From a virus, in the IMG/VR virus record IMGVR_UViG_3300030329_005658, positions 8,565 through 72,564 of that record: a DNA stretch of 64,000 nucleotides, one strand, 5' to 3'. The notes beneath the pieces were generated by a model. The model had not been told where the DNA came from and did no database searches. It worked only from the letters and a program-made list of their open reading frames with translations. Position 1 is the stretch's first letter; each line of letters begins with the position of its first letter. The position numbers and the translations under genes are program-made. Below are positions 19,397 to 28,411 of the stretch, piece by piece.

Positions 19397-19580
19397 CTTG
19401 GTAAAACTAAAGAAGAAATGGAAAAATGTTGAATATAGCCCTCAAGAGGTTGAAAATCGAGTTGGGGTTGTTATTGCTCGTTCCCGAGAATATGGCTGGA
19501 AGGTTTATTGGATTACGAATGGAGACACAGCATTCAAGTTTGGTCAAGATTTGGAGGTGATCAATGGAAGAAAAGATTAA
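19383..19580 (+). CDS. Small SH3/KOW-like array protein B11
   Basis: GTG-KIGDLVKL..GVVI..VYW..DLEVING. Confidence 0.8.
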   Translation: MKIGDLVKLKKKWKNVEYSPQEVENRVGVVIARSREYGWKVYWITNGDTAFKFGQDLEVINGRKD

Positions 19581-20502
19581 AATACTGTCAGACATCCTTG
19601 GAAGACCCAACACCCCTCAAGGTGGAGAGCTTTACTATCATTGTCCGTATTGCAACCATCATAAGAAGAAGCTTGCCATTAACCTCAAGCGAGGCTGGCA
19701 CTGCTGGGTCTGCGACAAACGAGGCAAGAACGCTTATCGTATCGTTCGCAAGTTTGGAACATATCAGCAAAGACAGAAATGGCTTGAGCTTGAAGGCAGA
19801 CTCGATTTATCAGAGTTTGATGAAATCTTTAATGAAATTAACAACATAGAAGAAGAACAAGTGATCTCCTTACCAGACGAATTCGTTTCGCTCTGCAACA
19901 GACACCTGCCCCGGTCTTCAAAGAAAGCCCTCGATTACCTCAAGAGCAGAGGTATTGGCCCAAGTGAAATCCTGAGGTGGAAAATCGGCTATTGCCCTGA
20001 GGGCCGATACGGCGGTCGCATCATCATTCCCTCCTTCAACAACAGGGGCAACGTCAATTATTTCATTGCCAGATCATATGTCGGTCACTCTTGGAGATAC
20101 CTCAATCCCCCGGCAGAAAGAGACATAATTTTCAACGAATTGTATGTAGACTGGGATGAGCCGGTGACGCTCGTAGAAGGAGTTTTTGATGCCATTTCGG
20201 CCGGGGAAAACGCTATTCCCGTATTAGGCTCCACTCTCCGAGACAGAGCCAAGCTTTTCCAAGCGATTGTGCTGAATGATACTCCGGTTTACATGGCCTT
20301 TGACCAAGATGCAGAAAAAAAGACTGGACAAATCATCAAGAATATGTTATACTATGATATCGAGCTTTACAAAATTGACGTAGGTGGCTTTGAGGACATT
20401 GCCGAAATGCCGCCACGGATTTTTGCATCTCGAAAACAAATGGCGCAAGCTATCGATCATGATGATTATTTCTTGATGGATGAGCTTAGGAGGATCATGT
20501 GA
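19564..20502 (+). CDS. DNA primase (Zn-finger + TOPRIM)
   Basis: CPYC..CWVC zinc finger; RIIIP; LVEGVFDA and FDQD TOPRIM motifs. Confidence 0.9.
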   Translation: MEEKIKILSDILGRPNTPQGGELYYHCPYCNHHKKKLAINLKRGWHCWVCDKRGKNAYRIVRKFGTYQQRQKWLELEGRLDLSEFDEIFNEINNIEEEQVISLPDEFVSLCNRHLPRSSKKALDYLKSRGIGPSEILRWKIGYCPEGRYGGRIIIPSFNNRGNVNYFIARSYVGHSWRYLNPPAERDIIFNELYVDWDEPVTLVEGVFDAISAGENAIPVLGSTLRDRAKLFQAIVLNDTPVYMAFDQDAEKKTGQIIKNMLYYDIELYKIDVGGFEDIAEMPPRIFASRKQMAQAIDHDDYFLMDELRRIM

Positions 20503-21194
20503 AGAAGATTAAAATTGGTAAAACATGGAACGCTTGGTGCTGGGAAGACGAGAATGGGGTCAAGCACAAAGAGTGTACTAAGTGCAACACCCTATTGGAG
20601 CTAAGCGCAGAAAACTTCTACAAACAAAATACAACCAAATCTGGGTTTAGAGCCTCTTGCAAAAAGTGTTGTGATAAACAAACAATGGAAAAATATAAGA
20701 AAGACCCACAATATTTTAAAGAATGTGCCAAAAAATGGAAAGAAAACAACCCAGAAAGATATAGAAAGCTCTTAAATAAGCAAAGAGAAAAACAGAAACT
20801 GAAAAGAGCATCACTATCGCCCGAAGAATTAGAAGTTGTAAGAGAAGCAGAAAGAGAGAGAATAATGGATTGGAAAAGGAATAAATGTACTTCCGGAATC
20901 TATACAATAACAAACAAAGTCAACGGTAAAGTGTATGTCGGAGAATCTTATGCTATCGAGAACAGGTGGCACTCCCATAGAAGTGCTTTGAATCGCAAAG
21001 GCAAATGCAATAGACAATTATTAAGTGATTGGGAGACATACGGAGAGCAAGCTTTTGAATTTAAAATAATAAAAGAGTTGACAAACTCTTCAAAAATGAT
21101 TAGGTTGATTGAAGAAGAAAGAATAATTACAGAATTCGAAAATAGTGGCACCACTGTTTATAACGCAGATGACAGCAGAAATAAAATAGTTTAG
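20499..21194 (+). CDS. Free-standing GIY-YIG endonuclease with N-terminal Zn ribbon
   Basis: CTKC..CKKC; SGIYTITNKVNGKVYVGES..RW..H..E..YN. Confidence 0.85.
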   Translation: MKKIKIGKTWNAWCWEDENGVKHKECTKCNTLLELSAENFYKQNTTKSGFRASCKKCCDKQTMEKYKKDPQYFKECAKKWKENNPERYRKLLNKQREKQKLKRASLSPEELEVVREAERERIMDWKRNKCTSGIYTITNKVNGKVYVGESYAIENRWHSHRSALNRKGKCNRQLLSDWETYGEQAFEFKIIKELTNSSKMIRLIEEERIITEFENSGTTVYNADDSRNKIV

Positions 21195-21203
21195 GAGGAT
21201 AAT

Positions 21204-21416
21204 GTGAAAGAATTAGATTTACACGGAGCGAATTATGAAGAAGTTGTCATCAAATGTCACCGGTTTCTTAATGATAACTGGGGCAAAGAGATGAAAATTA
21301 TAACAGGCAAGTCAGACGAGATGAAGAAGTTGGTTTGCGAAATTATAGAAAAGTACAGACTCCAGTACCAAGTTGGAGGAGCCACAGGCTTTGAAGGCCA
21401 CATAACGATCCGATAG
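21204..21416 (+). CDS. Stand-alone Smr domain protein
   Basis: ELDLHG and IITGKS motifs; AGGAGG RBS. Confidence 0.8.
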   Translation: MKELDLHGANYEEVVIKCHRFLNDNWGKEMKIITGKSDEMKKLVCEIIEKYRLQYQVGGATGFEGHITIR

Positions 21417-21424
21417 GAGGGTTC

Positions 21425-24400
21425 ATGTTTAAAATTGTACATATGGCGGATATTCACATTCGCAACCTCAAGTATCACGAAGAGTACCGAGCGGTCTTCA
21501 GCAAAATGTATGAGTCTCTGCTCGAACAGCAGCCAGACTATATTACGGTTTGCGGTGATATCGCACACACGAAGACCCAACTGAGCCCTGAGTATTTTCA
21601 GCTTTGTACTGAGTATTTGCTTGGCTTGGCAAACATCGCACCAACAATTATAATTGCCGGTAACCATGATGGCAATCTAAAAAACGCAGATCGCCAAGAT
21701 GCTGTGACTCCTATTGTTAATGCGCTCAAGCACCCGAACCTTCATTATTTGAAGAATTCCGGGGAGTTTAGTCCAGAGCCGGGTATTTGTTTTAATGTTC
21801 TTTCGATTTTCGACCGAGGCAACTGGATTAAGCCGTCAAACGAAAGCGCAATCAATATCGCTCTTTATCACGGCGCGATGATTGGCAGCAAAACCGGATC
21901 AAATTGGACAATGTCACAAGGCGATGATGACATTAGCATTTTTAAGAATTTTGATTACGCAATGCTTGGAGATATACACCGGCAGCAAGAATTGGACCCT
22001 GAGGGCCGCGTTAGGTACTCTGGTAGCCTCATTCAGCAAAAGTTTAGCGAGAGCCCTCTTAAGGGCTATCTTCTTTGGGAAATAGAGTCGAAAGACAATT
22101 TTAAAGTAAAGAAAGTCAATCTTGCCAATCCAAGGCCATTTATTACAGTGCGTTTAAATTCTGATGGCACGATACCAGCAGGCACTCATGCCCCTCGTAA
22201 TTGCCGCTTGCGCCTTGTGTCTTCCACAAATCTCCCTTCAGATAAGCTCAGAAAAGCAAGGGCGATAGCAGAGGCAAATTGGAGGCCATATTCGATTACA
22301 ACTATTAACGGCAAAGAGGCTCATTCATCAAATGACGGCAGTTACGCGAATGTTGTATTAAAGGAAAATCTTAGAGACTTGTCTGTTCAGGAAAAATATA
22401 TTAGAGACTATTTATCGGGCATGGAACTGGACAATGCCGTAATCGACAAGGTTCTAGATCATAATAAAAAATATGACATCGTAGCACAACAGAATGAGGA
22501 GGTATCACGCAATGTTGTTTGGAAAATCAAAGAAGTCGAGTGGGAAAACTTATTTAATTACGGAGAAAAAAATAAAATCAATTTTGAAAACCTCCGGGGG
22601 CTTGTTGGCATCTTCGGCCGTAATTATTCCGGCAAGTCTAGTATTATTGACAGTATTTTATTCACACTATTTAATTCAACCTCAAAGGGTGAACGAAAGA
22701 ATGTACACGTAATTAACCAAAACCGAGAGAGAGCCAAGGGCAAAATTCAAATTCAAATCGGAGATAGGACGTACCAAGTTTGCCGCAACCTTGAGAAGTA
22801 TAAAAAGCGGTTGCGAGGAAAAGAGACGCAAGAAGCTAGGATCGATTTAGATTTCTCATTAATATCCGAAGACGAAAGTTTGAATGGCACCACCAGAAAC
22901 GAAACAGATGCCAATATCCGTAAAAGGTTTGGAACCATTGATGATTTTCTTTTGACATCAATGTCGAGCCAACTTGACTCTCTCTCTTTTGTTAAAGAGG
23001 GCTCAACAAAGCGCAAAGAGATTCTCGCCAAGTTTCTTGACTTGGAAATCTTTGATAAGAAATTCAAGATGGCTAAAAAAGATGCTGCGGAGATGCGTGG
23101 TGTTATAAAAAGAATGCAAGAAAAGCAGTGGGATCGCGAAATCATAAAAAACCAGGAGATTCTGGAAGAGATAGCAGAGGATAAGGCAAGGCAAGATGAG
23201 ATGTGCGATTTGTTGGGCAAGCAAGTGGTTAAGATTAGTAATGAGCTTGATGCCGTAGAGGCGCAAATTAGAAGTATTCCAGCCGAGATTCTTGACATTG
23301 AACAAATCAGATCTGAAATTGAACATAAGGAATCCCAGAGGGCTATTCTGCTTAAACGAAATTTGAATCTGACATCTGATATCTCGCAAGCCCTGGATGG
23401 AATCAAGAACAGTCAGGAAATAATTTCAAAAATAGACAAATCCATGCTCCTCTCTATTAAGAGCGAAGCCTCTGAGATTGAAGAGGGAATTAAAAAAATA
23501 AAAGATACTGCGAAGTCCTTATTGCGAGAACAACACCAAAATCAGAAAAAGATGAAATTACTTAATGGCATCCCATGCGGAGACCAGTACCCAAGTTGTA
23601 AATTTATCTGTGATGCCAACAAGGCCTTAAAAATACTTCCTGACCTCAGGGAGCAGTCCATACACCTTGAAAGCATGAAAAACGATTTATTGAGCGATTT
23701 GGCCGTTTTAGGGATTGGTGATGTGGATAGGCAATTGGCCCAGTATGAAGATTTAAGTAACAAGGTGAAAAAGCTCCAGAGGCAAGTAGAGACGAACCAG
23801 CTAATGTTGGAGTCTAATCGTGACAAGGCCAAGTTGTTCGCGAACGAGATTACTGACTTAAAAGTGAAATGTAAGTCCTATGAGGACAATCGAGAAGCAA
23901 TTGAAAATCTGGAAACGCTCCTGAGAGAAAAACAAGGGCTGGTTTCTTCTGTCAAAAACAAACAGGTTAAGCTTGACAGGTGTGAAGCAAAATTCCATGA
24001 CCTTTTGGTTGAAGAGGGAACAACTAAGCAAATTCTTAAATCCTTAATTGAAGGCAAGGCTGAAATGGAAGAGGTTGAAAAGGGTTGGGTTGCTTATGAC
24101 TTGTTCATGCAATGTATGCATCCAAGTGGTATCCCTTATAGCATTATCAAGAAGCGCCTTCCCCTTCTTAACGAAGAGATAAGCAAGGTTCTGGAAAATA
24201 TTGTTGATTTTGAGGTCTTTTTTATTAACAATGATAAAACGCTTGACATCATGATTAAGCACCCTGCTTATGATCCAAGGCCCCTCTCTATGGGCTCTGG
24301 TGCGGAAAAGACTCTTGCTTCTATGGCGATACGGCTGGCATTGATTTCAGTTACAAATTTGCCGAAATCCGAACTATTTATACTTGATGAACCAGCAACA

Positions 24401-24565
24401 GCTTTGGATCAAGACCATATGGAAGGGTTTACAAACCTTTTGCGAATTATTAAAAACCAGTTTAAGACTGTAATTTTGATCTCTCATCTTGACTCATTAA
24501 AAGACGTTGTTGATAAAGTCATTGATATTCAGAAAGAAGATGGGTATGCGAAGGTTGATATATAA
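21425..24565 (+). CDS. Fused SbcD/SbcC (Mre11-Rad50, T4 gp47-gp46-like) recombination nuclease-ATPase
   Basis: Phosphoesterase motifs ADIH, CGD, GNHD, YHG, GDIH; then Walker A GRNYSGKS, coiled coil, signature SGAEK, Walker B ILDEP, H-loop ISH. Confidence 0.9.
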   Translation: MFKIVHMADIHIRNLKYHEEYRAVFSKMYESLLEQQPDYITVCGDIAHTKTQLSPEYFQLCTEYLLGLANIAPTIIIAGNHDGNLKNADRQDAVTPIVNALKHPNLHYLKNSGEFSPEPGICFNVLSIFDRGNWIKPSNESAINIALYHGAMIGSKTGSNWTMSQGDDDISIFKNFDYAMLGDIHRQQELDPEGRVRYSGSLIQQKFSESPLKGYLLWEIESKDNFKVKKVNLANPRPFITVRLNSDGTIPAGTHAPRNCRLRLVSSTNLPSDKLRKARAIAEANWRPYSITTINGKEAHSSNDGSYANVVLKENLRDLSVQEKYIRDYLSGMELDNAVIDKVLDHNKKYDIVAQQNEEVSRNVVWKIKEVEWENLFNYGEKNKINFENLRGLVGIFGRNYSGKSSIIDSILFTLFNSTSKGERKNVHVINQNRERAKGKIQIQIGDRTYQVCRNLEKYKKRLRGKETQEARIDLDFSLISEDESLNGTTRNETDANIRKRFGTIDDFLLTSMSSQLDSLSFVKEGSTKRKEILAKFLDLEIFDKKFKMAKKDAAEMRGVIKRMQEKQWDREIIKNQEILEEIAEDKARQDEMCDLLGKQVVKISNELDAVEAQIRSIPAEILDIEQIRSEIEHKESQRAILLKRNLNLTSDISQALDGIKNSQEIISKIDKSMLLSIKSEASEIEEGIKKIKDTAKSLLREQHQNQKKMKLLNGIPCGDQYPSCKFICDANKALKILPDLREQSIHLESMKNDLLSDLAVLGIGDVDRQLAQYEDLSNKVKKLQRQVETNQLMLESNRDKAKLFANEITDLKVKCKSYEDNREAIENLETLLREKQGLVSSVKNKQVKLDRCEAKFHDLLVEEGTTKQILKSLIEGKAEMEEVEKGWVAYDLFMQCMHPSGIPYSIIKKRLPLLNEEISKVLENIVDFEVFFINNDKTLDIMIKHPAYDPRPLSMGSGAEKTLASMAIRLALISVTNLPKSELFILDEPATALDQDHMEGFTNLLRIIKNQFKTVILISHLDSLKDVVDKVIDIQKEDGYAKVDI

Positions 24566-24738
24566 TGAAGGCTGAGATTGACATAAAGACAATGATTGCT
24601 ATTGTTGCTAGCGTTGGGGTGCTTGGTGGCTTCTATTACACAACGCAAATGAGGCTTGATAATATCGAGCAAGATATAATCCAACTTCAGGCTGATATCA
24701 AAAAGACCAATAAGCTTGTAAGGAGGGCTAACAAATGA
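24565..24738 (+). CDS. 57-aa membrane protein, TM + coiled coil (not in ORF track)
   Basis: MKAEIDIKTMIAIVASVGVLGGFYYTTQMRLDNIEQDIIQLQADIKKTNKLVRRANK; TAATG and ATGA overlaps with neighbours. Confidence 0.7.
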   Translation: MKAEIDIKTMIAIVASVGVLGGFYYTTQMRLDNIEQDIIQLQADIKKTNKLVRRANK

Positions 24739-25073
24739 GTGAACAAAATGATATTGAAAAAGAAGAGTCATGTTGTGGAGCGGAGTGCTGCGAGGAAGGC
24801 TGCGTTTGTAAGGCAGAGTGCTGTAAAGGTGGTTGCGCATGTTGTAAGCGTGACAGCCAAGGCGATGTTAAGTATGAGAATAAGTTGGGCTGGGTTGACA
24901 AGTTTATGGGAAAGTTTGTGTCTCGTAAGCTTCTTGTGTTTTCAACAGCTACTGCTTTACTAGCAATGTCTGAATTAGACACAGAGACATGGGGCCTGAT
25001 CGCTATTATATATGTTGGTGGCCAATCGGTTATCGATGCCGTGAAGACATATAAGCACGGAGGCTCTGTGTGA
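24735..25073 (+). CDS. Putative holin with Cys-rich N-terminus
   Basis: AGGAGG RBS; 11 Cys in ~25 aa, then SRKLLV plus two hydrophobic segments. Confidence 0.55.
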   Translation: MSEQNDIEKEESCCGAECCEEGCVCKAECCKGGCACCKRDSQGDVKYENKLGWVDKFMGKFVSRKLLVFSTATALLAMSELDTETWGLIAIIYVGGQSVIDAVKTYKHGGSV

Positions 25074-25477
25074 TTTGGCTTGCGCTTCTAAAGCACCTTA
25101 AGATAGCAGCAGTCTTCTGCCGCCAGCATTGGCGCTGGTTGGTGGGGATTGTGGCTTTTGTTGTTGTCTATATGCTTGGCAGAAAAGGCGCAAGAGGTGT
25201 GATGGTTCAGGCTGAATTGGCTCGCAAACAATACAAAAGAGAAAGGGAAGCGATTGAAAGAGCGCATGAATTAGAGATTAAAAAGAGGCAAGAAGCTGAA
25301 AAGAGATACTCCGAAGCTTCGAAAATTATAGAACGGAGATATGAGAAAGACAAATCAAATATGTCAAAATCTAAAAAAGAAAGTATCAAACAAATGATCA
25401 AGAAAGCGAAGGACGATCCTGATGAAGTAAACAGGATATTACAAAACGAACTAGGAATCAAAATGGAGGGTAAATGA
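25070..25477 (+). CDS. Putative i-spanin-like protein
   Basis: N-terminal TM followed by a charged coiled coil; lies next to the holin-like gene. Confidence 0.45.
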   Translation: MIWLALLKHLKIAAVFCRQHWRWLVGIVAFVVVYMLGRKGARGVMVQAELARKQYKREREAIERAHELEIKKRQEAEKRYSEASKIIERRYEKDKSNMSKSKKESIKQMIKKAKDDPDEVNRILQNELGIKMEGK

Positions 25478-25887
25478 AATATTTTTTAATGGGATTTTTA
25501 ATCACTTGGTCTAACGCGGCCATTGCTAGCGAGCCTGTGTTTGCTCCCTTGAAGAAAGGAGAGAGGGCACCTTTTGATGGCCGCTTGTTTAACGATGCCG
25601 CTGTGTCAAAGCTAATAATTGAAAATCGTCTAAAAGCAGAGCAGTGTAATATTGAAATTGAGTTTCATAAGAGTAGGGCGATTGCCAAAGAAAACTACAA
25701 GTACGCTCTCCTTGAGGCGAAATCCCAAGCTGCTGATGAGCGTCTTAATGATTTAATTTCTATTAAGCAGGATGAAATAGATCGGATATCTAAGCAATTA
25801 AAGCCCAATAGGAATTCTTGGTGGCTGGCTGGTGGGTTTGTTACAGGTGTGCTAACATCGATTGGTATTATGCATGCTGTTAAGTAG
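25474..25887 (+). CDS. Secreted/membrane protein, possible spanin component
   Basis: Signal-peptide-like N-terminus, coiled coil, C-terminal hydrophobic helix. Confidence 0.45.
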   Translation: MKYFLMGFLITWSNAAIASEPVFAPLKKGERAPFDGRLFNDAAVSKLIIENRLKAEQCNIEIEFHKSRAIAKENYKYALLEAKSQAADERLNDLISIKQDEIDRISKQLKPNRNSWWLAGGFVTGVLTSIGIMHAVK

Positions 25888-25896
25888 GAGATCCAT

Positions 25897-26274
25897 ATGA
25901 AGAACAAAGATCCAAATTATGCTATTAAAGTCGAAAAGGCAATTGCCGACAAATACGGAGAAGAAGCCGTTCAGAATCCAAAAGCCAACTGGACAGACGA
26001 GAAGGAAAAAGAATACCTTGAACAGCTAAGCCAGGTTTATAAAAATTCCTTGTCTTCTGCATGTGGCGAAGAGCAAGTAAATGGAGTTTTTATATCCAAG
26101 AAACTACTTAAAAGAGAATCGAAGCGCTCTTGTCCGGTTTGTAATACTTATTCATTTAAATCAAACGATGACCTTTACATGTCTAAATTCGAATGTTGTG
26201 AAAAGTGCTATATCCAGTGGGTAGAGGGCAGAGAGGAAAGATGGAAACAAGGATGGAGACCCAACAATGGCTAA
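25897..26274 (+). CDS. Hypothetical Zn-finger protein
   Basis: CPVC..CCEKC; AGGAG RBS. Confidence 0.65.
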   Translation: MKNKDPNYAIKVEKAIADKYGEEAVQNPKANWTDEKEKEYLEQLSQVYKNSLSSACGEEQVNGVFISKKLLKRESKRSCPVCNTYSFKSNDDLYMSKFECCEKCYIQWVEGREERWKQGWRPNNG

Positions 26275-26812
26275 ATCAAATATTTTAGAAATAATTCAAG
26301 GACTTGCCCAAGCAGCATCAAATGGATATGATGGCGCCCATGACGAACGTTTTGTTCGCGATGGAGAGGTTAAAAAAGTCGGCCTTAAGAGAGAAGAGGG
26401 TTGCCCCATTATGGATAAGAGAGTTAATGATGGATTTAGCGTAAGGTTTATGGGCAACCAGATGTGTATTCATTATCAATCAGATGTTAAATTAAAAGAG
26501 ATTTATGCTGGTGGCTTTGAAGATGAAATGGCACGTGTAATTAATGAGATTAAGAAGTTTCTTCAAAAAGAATATAAAGCCATCACTGGTAACTCAGTTA
26601 CGTTGACTAAGGAAGGCGATATTAAGATCCTTGCTTCTTCAACCTCTAGAGTCAGAAGCTTCGTACAAGCTCATCAATATTTTTCGATTTCGGGCCTTAA
26701 AGTTGATCCGGATGCTGGTGGATCAGAGAACAGAAAAGTTGAAGATTCATGGCGCAGTTTTTTAGAACTGAGCAATAATAATAAAAGGCCCCCAAACGAT
26801 ACAAGGAAATAA
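26267..26812 (+). CDS. Hypothetical protein upstream of terminase
   Basis: 181-aa ORF overlapping the upstream gene; GGAG RBS. Confidence 0.65.
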   Translation: MAKSNILEIIQGLAQAASNGYDGAHDERFVRDGEVKKVGLKREEGCPIMDKRVNDGFSVRFMGNQMCIHYQSDVKLKEIYAGGFEDEMARVINEIKKFLQKEYKAITGNSVTLTKEGDIKILASSTSRVRSFVQAHQYFSISGLKVDPDAGGSENRKVEDSWRSFLELSNNNKRPPNDTRK

Positions 26813-26821
26813 TAGGATGGT

Positions 26822-28405
26822 ATGGCCTTTAAACTTTCGAAACAAGATATTGTAAAGGAAATTGTTAAATCTGGCAAAAGCCCAATCTACTTTATTAATA
26901 CGTATTGTAGAATTAGTCACCCCATGAGGGGCCTAATACAATTTAAGACATATCCGTATCAGGATGATTTGCTAGATGATTATAACGATTTTCGTTTTAA
27001 TATTATTTTAAAAGCAAGGCAGTTGGGGATTTCAACAATCACCGCTGCCTATTGCGTTTGGTTCATGCTGTTTCACAAAGAAAAGAACATTGTTGTTCTT
27101 GCGACGAAGTTTAGCACAGCAGCCAACCTCGTTAAGAAAGTCAAAAGCATCATGAAGCACTTACCAGAGTGGATGAAAGTTGCGAGAATTTCAGTTGATA
27201 ATAGAACATCTTTTGAGTTGTCTAATGGTTCCATAATCAAAGCGGTGCCGACATCAGAAGACGCAGGTCGCTCAGAGGCGCTATCTCTATTGGTTGTTGA
27301 TGAGGCTGCTCATATTGAGAAGATGACAGAAATATGGACTGCGGTCTATTCAACTCTCGCAACAGGTGGCCGTTGTATCGCCCTATCTACTCCAAAAGGA
27401 ACAGGTAACTGGTTTCATAAAACATACATCGGAGCAGTTGATGGAGAGAACGAATTCAACCCGATAGAGTTAATGTGGGATGTACACCCAGAGAGAGATG
27501 CTGAGTGGTTTGAGCGTGAAACTAAAAATATGTCCAAAAGACAAATCGCTCAAGAATTGCTTTGTAATTTTAATACTTCCGGAGATACAGTTATTCACCC
27601 GGACGATTTGACATGGTTACATAAATTATTAAAGGACCCAGATTACAGGACAGGCCATGATAGAAATTTCTGGATTTGGGAAAAGTACAATGAAGACAAC
27701 ACATATTTGCTCGTTGCGGATGTCGCAAGAGGCGATGGGGCGGACAATTCAGTGTTCCACATCATTAAACTTGAGACAATGGAAGTGATAGCAGAATATC
27801 AGGGCAAACCAAATTTGGATATGTATTCCCAGATGCTTTATTCCGCCGGCTCTGAGTACGGCGACTGCCTTCTGGTCGTTGAGAACAATGGCATTGGGAT
27901 ATCAATATTAGAAAAGCTGGTTACTTTAGGGTATCCAAATCTGTATTATTCTGTTAAATCAACACACGAATTTGTAACACAAATCCAGGGCGAAAATATG
28001 AATAATGCTGTCGCTGGTTTTACAACATCGACCAAAACCCGGCCACTGATAGTTGCCAAGTTGGAGGAATTCGTTAGAAATAAATTAATAAAAACTTATT
28101 CCTCAAGGTCTTATCATGAATTTAAAACTTTTATTTGGTCCAACGGGAAGCCCCAGGCGATGAGAAGCTATAACGACGATCTAGTTATGTCATTGGCAAT
28201 TGCGTGTTGGGTCAGAGACACCGCACTACAAGTTAATCAAAAGGAACAAGAATATAAAAAAGCAATGGTAAGCTCAATGTATATGAATACCACAAAGCTG
28301 AACACATCAATAAAGGGGATGGAAGGCTTTTCCCAGACTCATCAGGAGAAATATGTTGATGAAATTCAACAAGTAAAAGATTTTTTATGGATTTACAAAG
28401 GATAA
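26822..28405 (+). CDS. Terminase large subunit (T4 gp17-like)
   Basis: KARQLGIST Walker A, LVVDEAA Walker B, LSTPKG, VADVARGDG and NDDLVMS nuclease motifs. Confidence 0.95.
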   Translation: MAFKLSKQDIVKEIVKSGKSPIYFINTYCRISHPMRGLIQFKTYPYQDDLLDDYNDFRFNIILKARQLGISTITAAYCVWFMLFHKEKNIVVLATKFSTAANLVKKVKSIMKHLPEWMKVARISVDNRTSFELSNGSIIKAVPTSEDAGRSEALSLLVVDEAAHIEKMTEIWTAVYSTLATGGRCIALSTPKGTGNWFHKTYIGAVDGENEFNPIELMWDVHPERDAEWFERETKNMSKRQIAQELLCNFNTSGDTVIHPDDLTWLHKLLKDPDYRTGHDRNFWIWEKYNEDNTYLLVADVARGDGADNSVFHIIKLETMEVIAEYQGKPNLDMYSQMLYSAGSEYGDCLLVVENNGIGISILEKLVTLGYPNLYYSVKSTHEFVTQIQGENMNNAVAGFTTSTKTRPLIVAKLEEFVRNKLIKTYSSRSYHEFKTFIWSNGKPQAMRSYNDDLVMSLAIACWVRDTALQVNQKEQEYKKAMVSSMYMNTTKLNTSIKGMEGFSQTHQEKYVDEIQQVKDFLWIYKG

Positions 28406-28411
28406 TATAAT

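Larger units (their letters stand above)
17800..19570 (+). repeat. Dispersed degenerate ~33-nt junction repeat, approx. YTRGARGTRATHARTGAAARTHGGTGAYTTRGT
   Basis: Copies surround the starts at 17813, 17982, 18157, 18324, 18469, 18638, 18855, 19006, 19178 and 19383, with a half copy at 19564; spacing 145-217 nt. Confidence 0.85.

Noticed and set aside
17800-19570. CRISPR array or integron attC interpretation of the periodic repeats
   Set aside because: Repeats are degenerate, non-palindromic and coding; the intervening 145-217 nt units are ORFs; no cas or integrase gene in the window.
25897-26812. Terminase small subunit call
   Set aside because: Position fits, but no recognisable motif supports it for either ORF.
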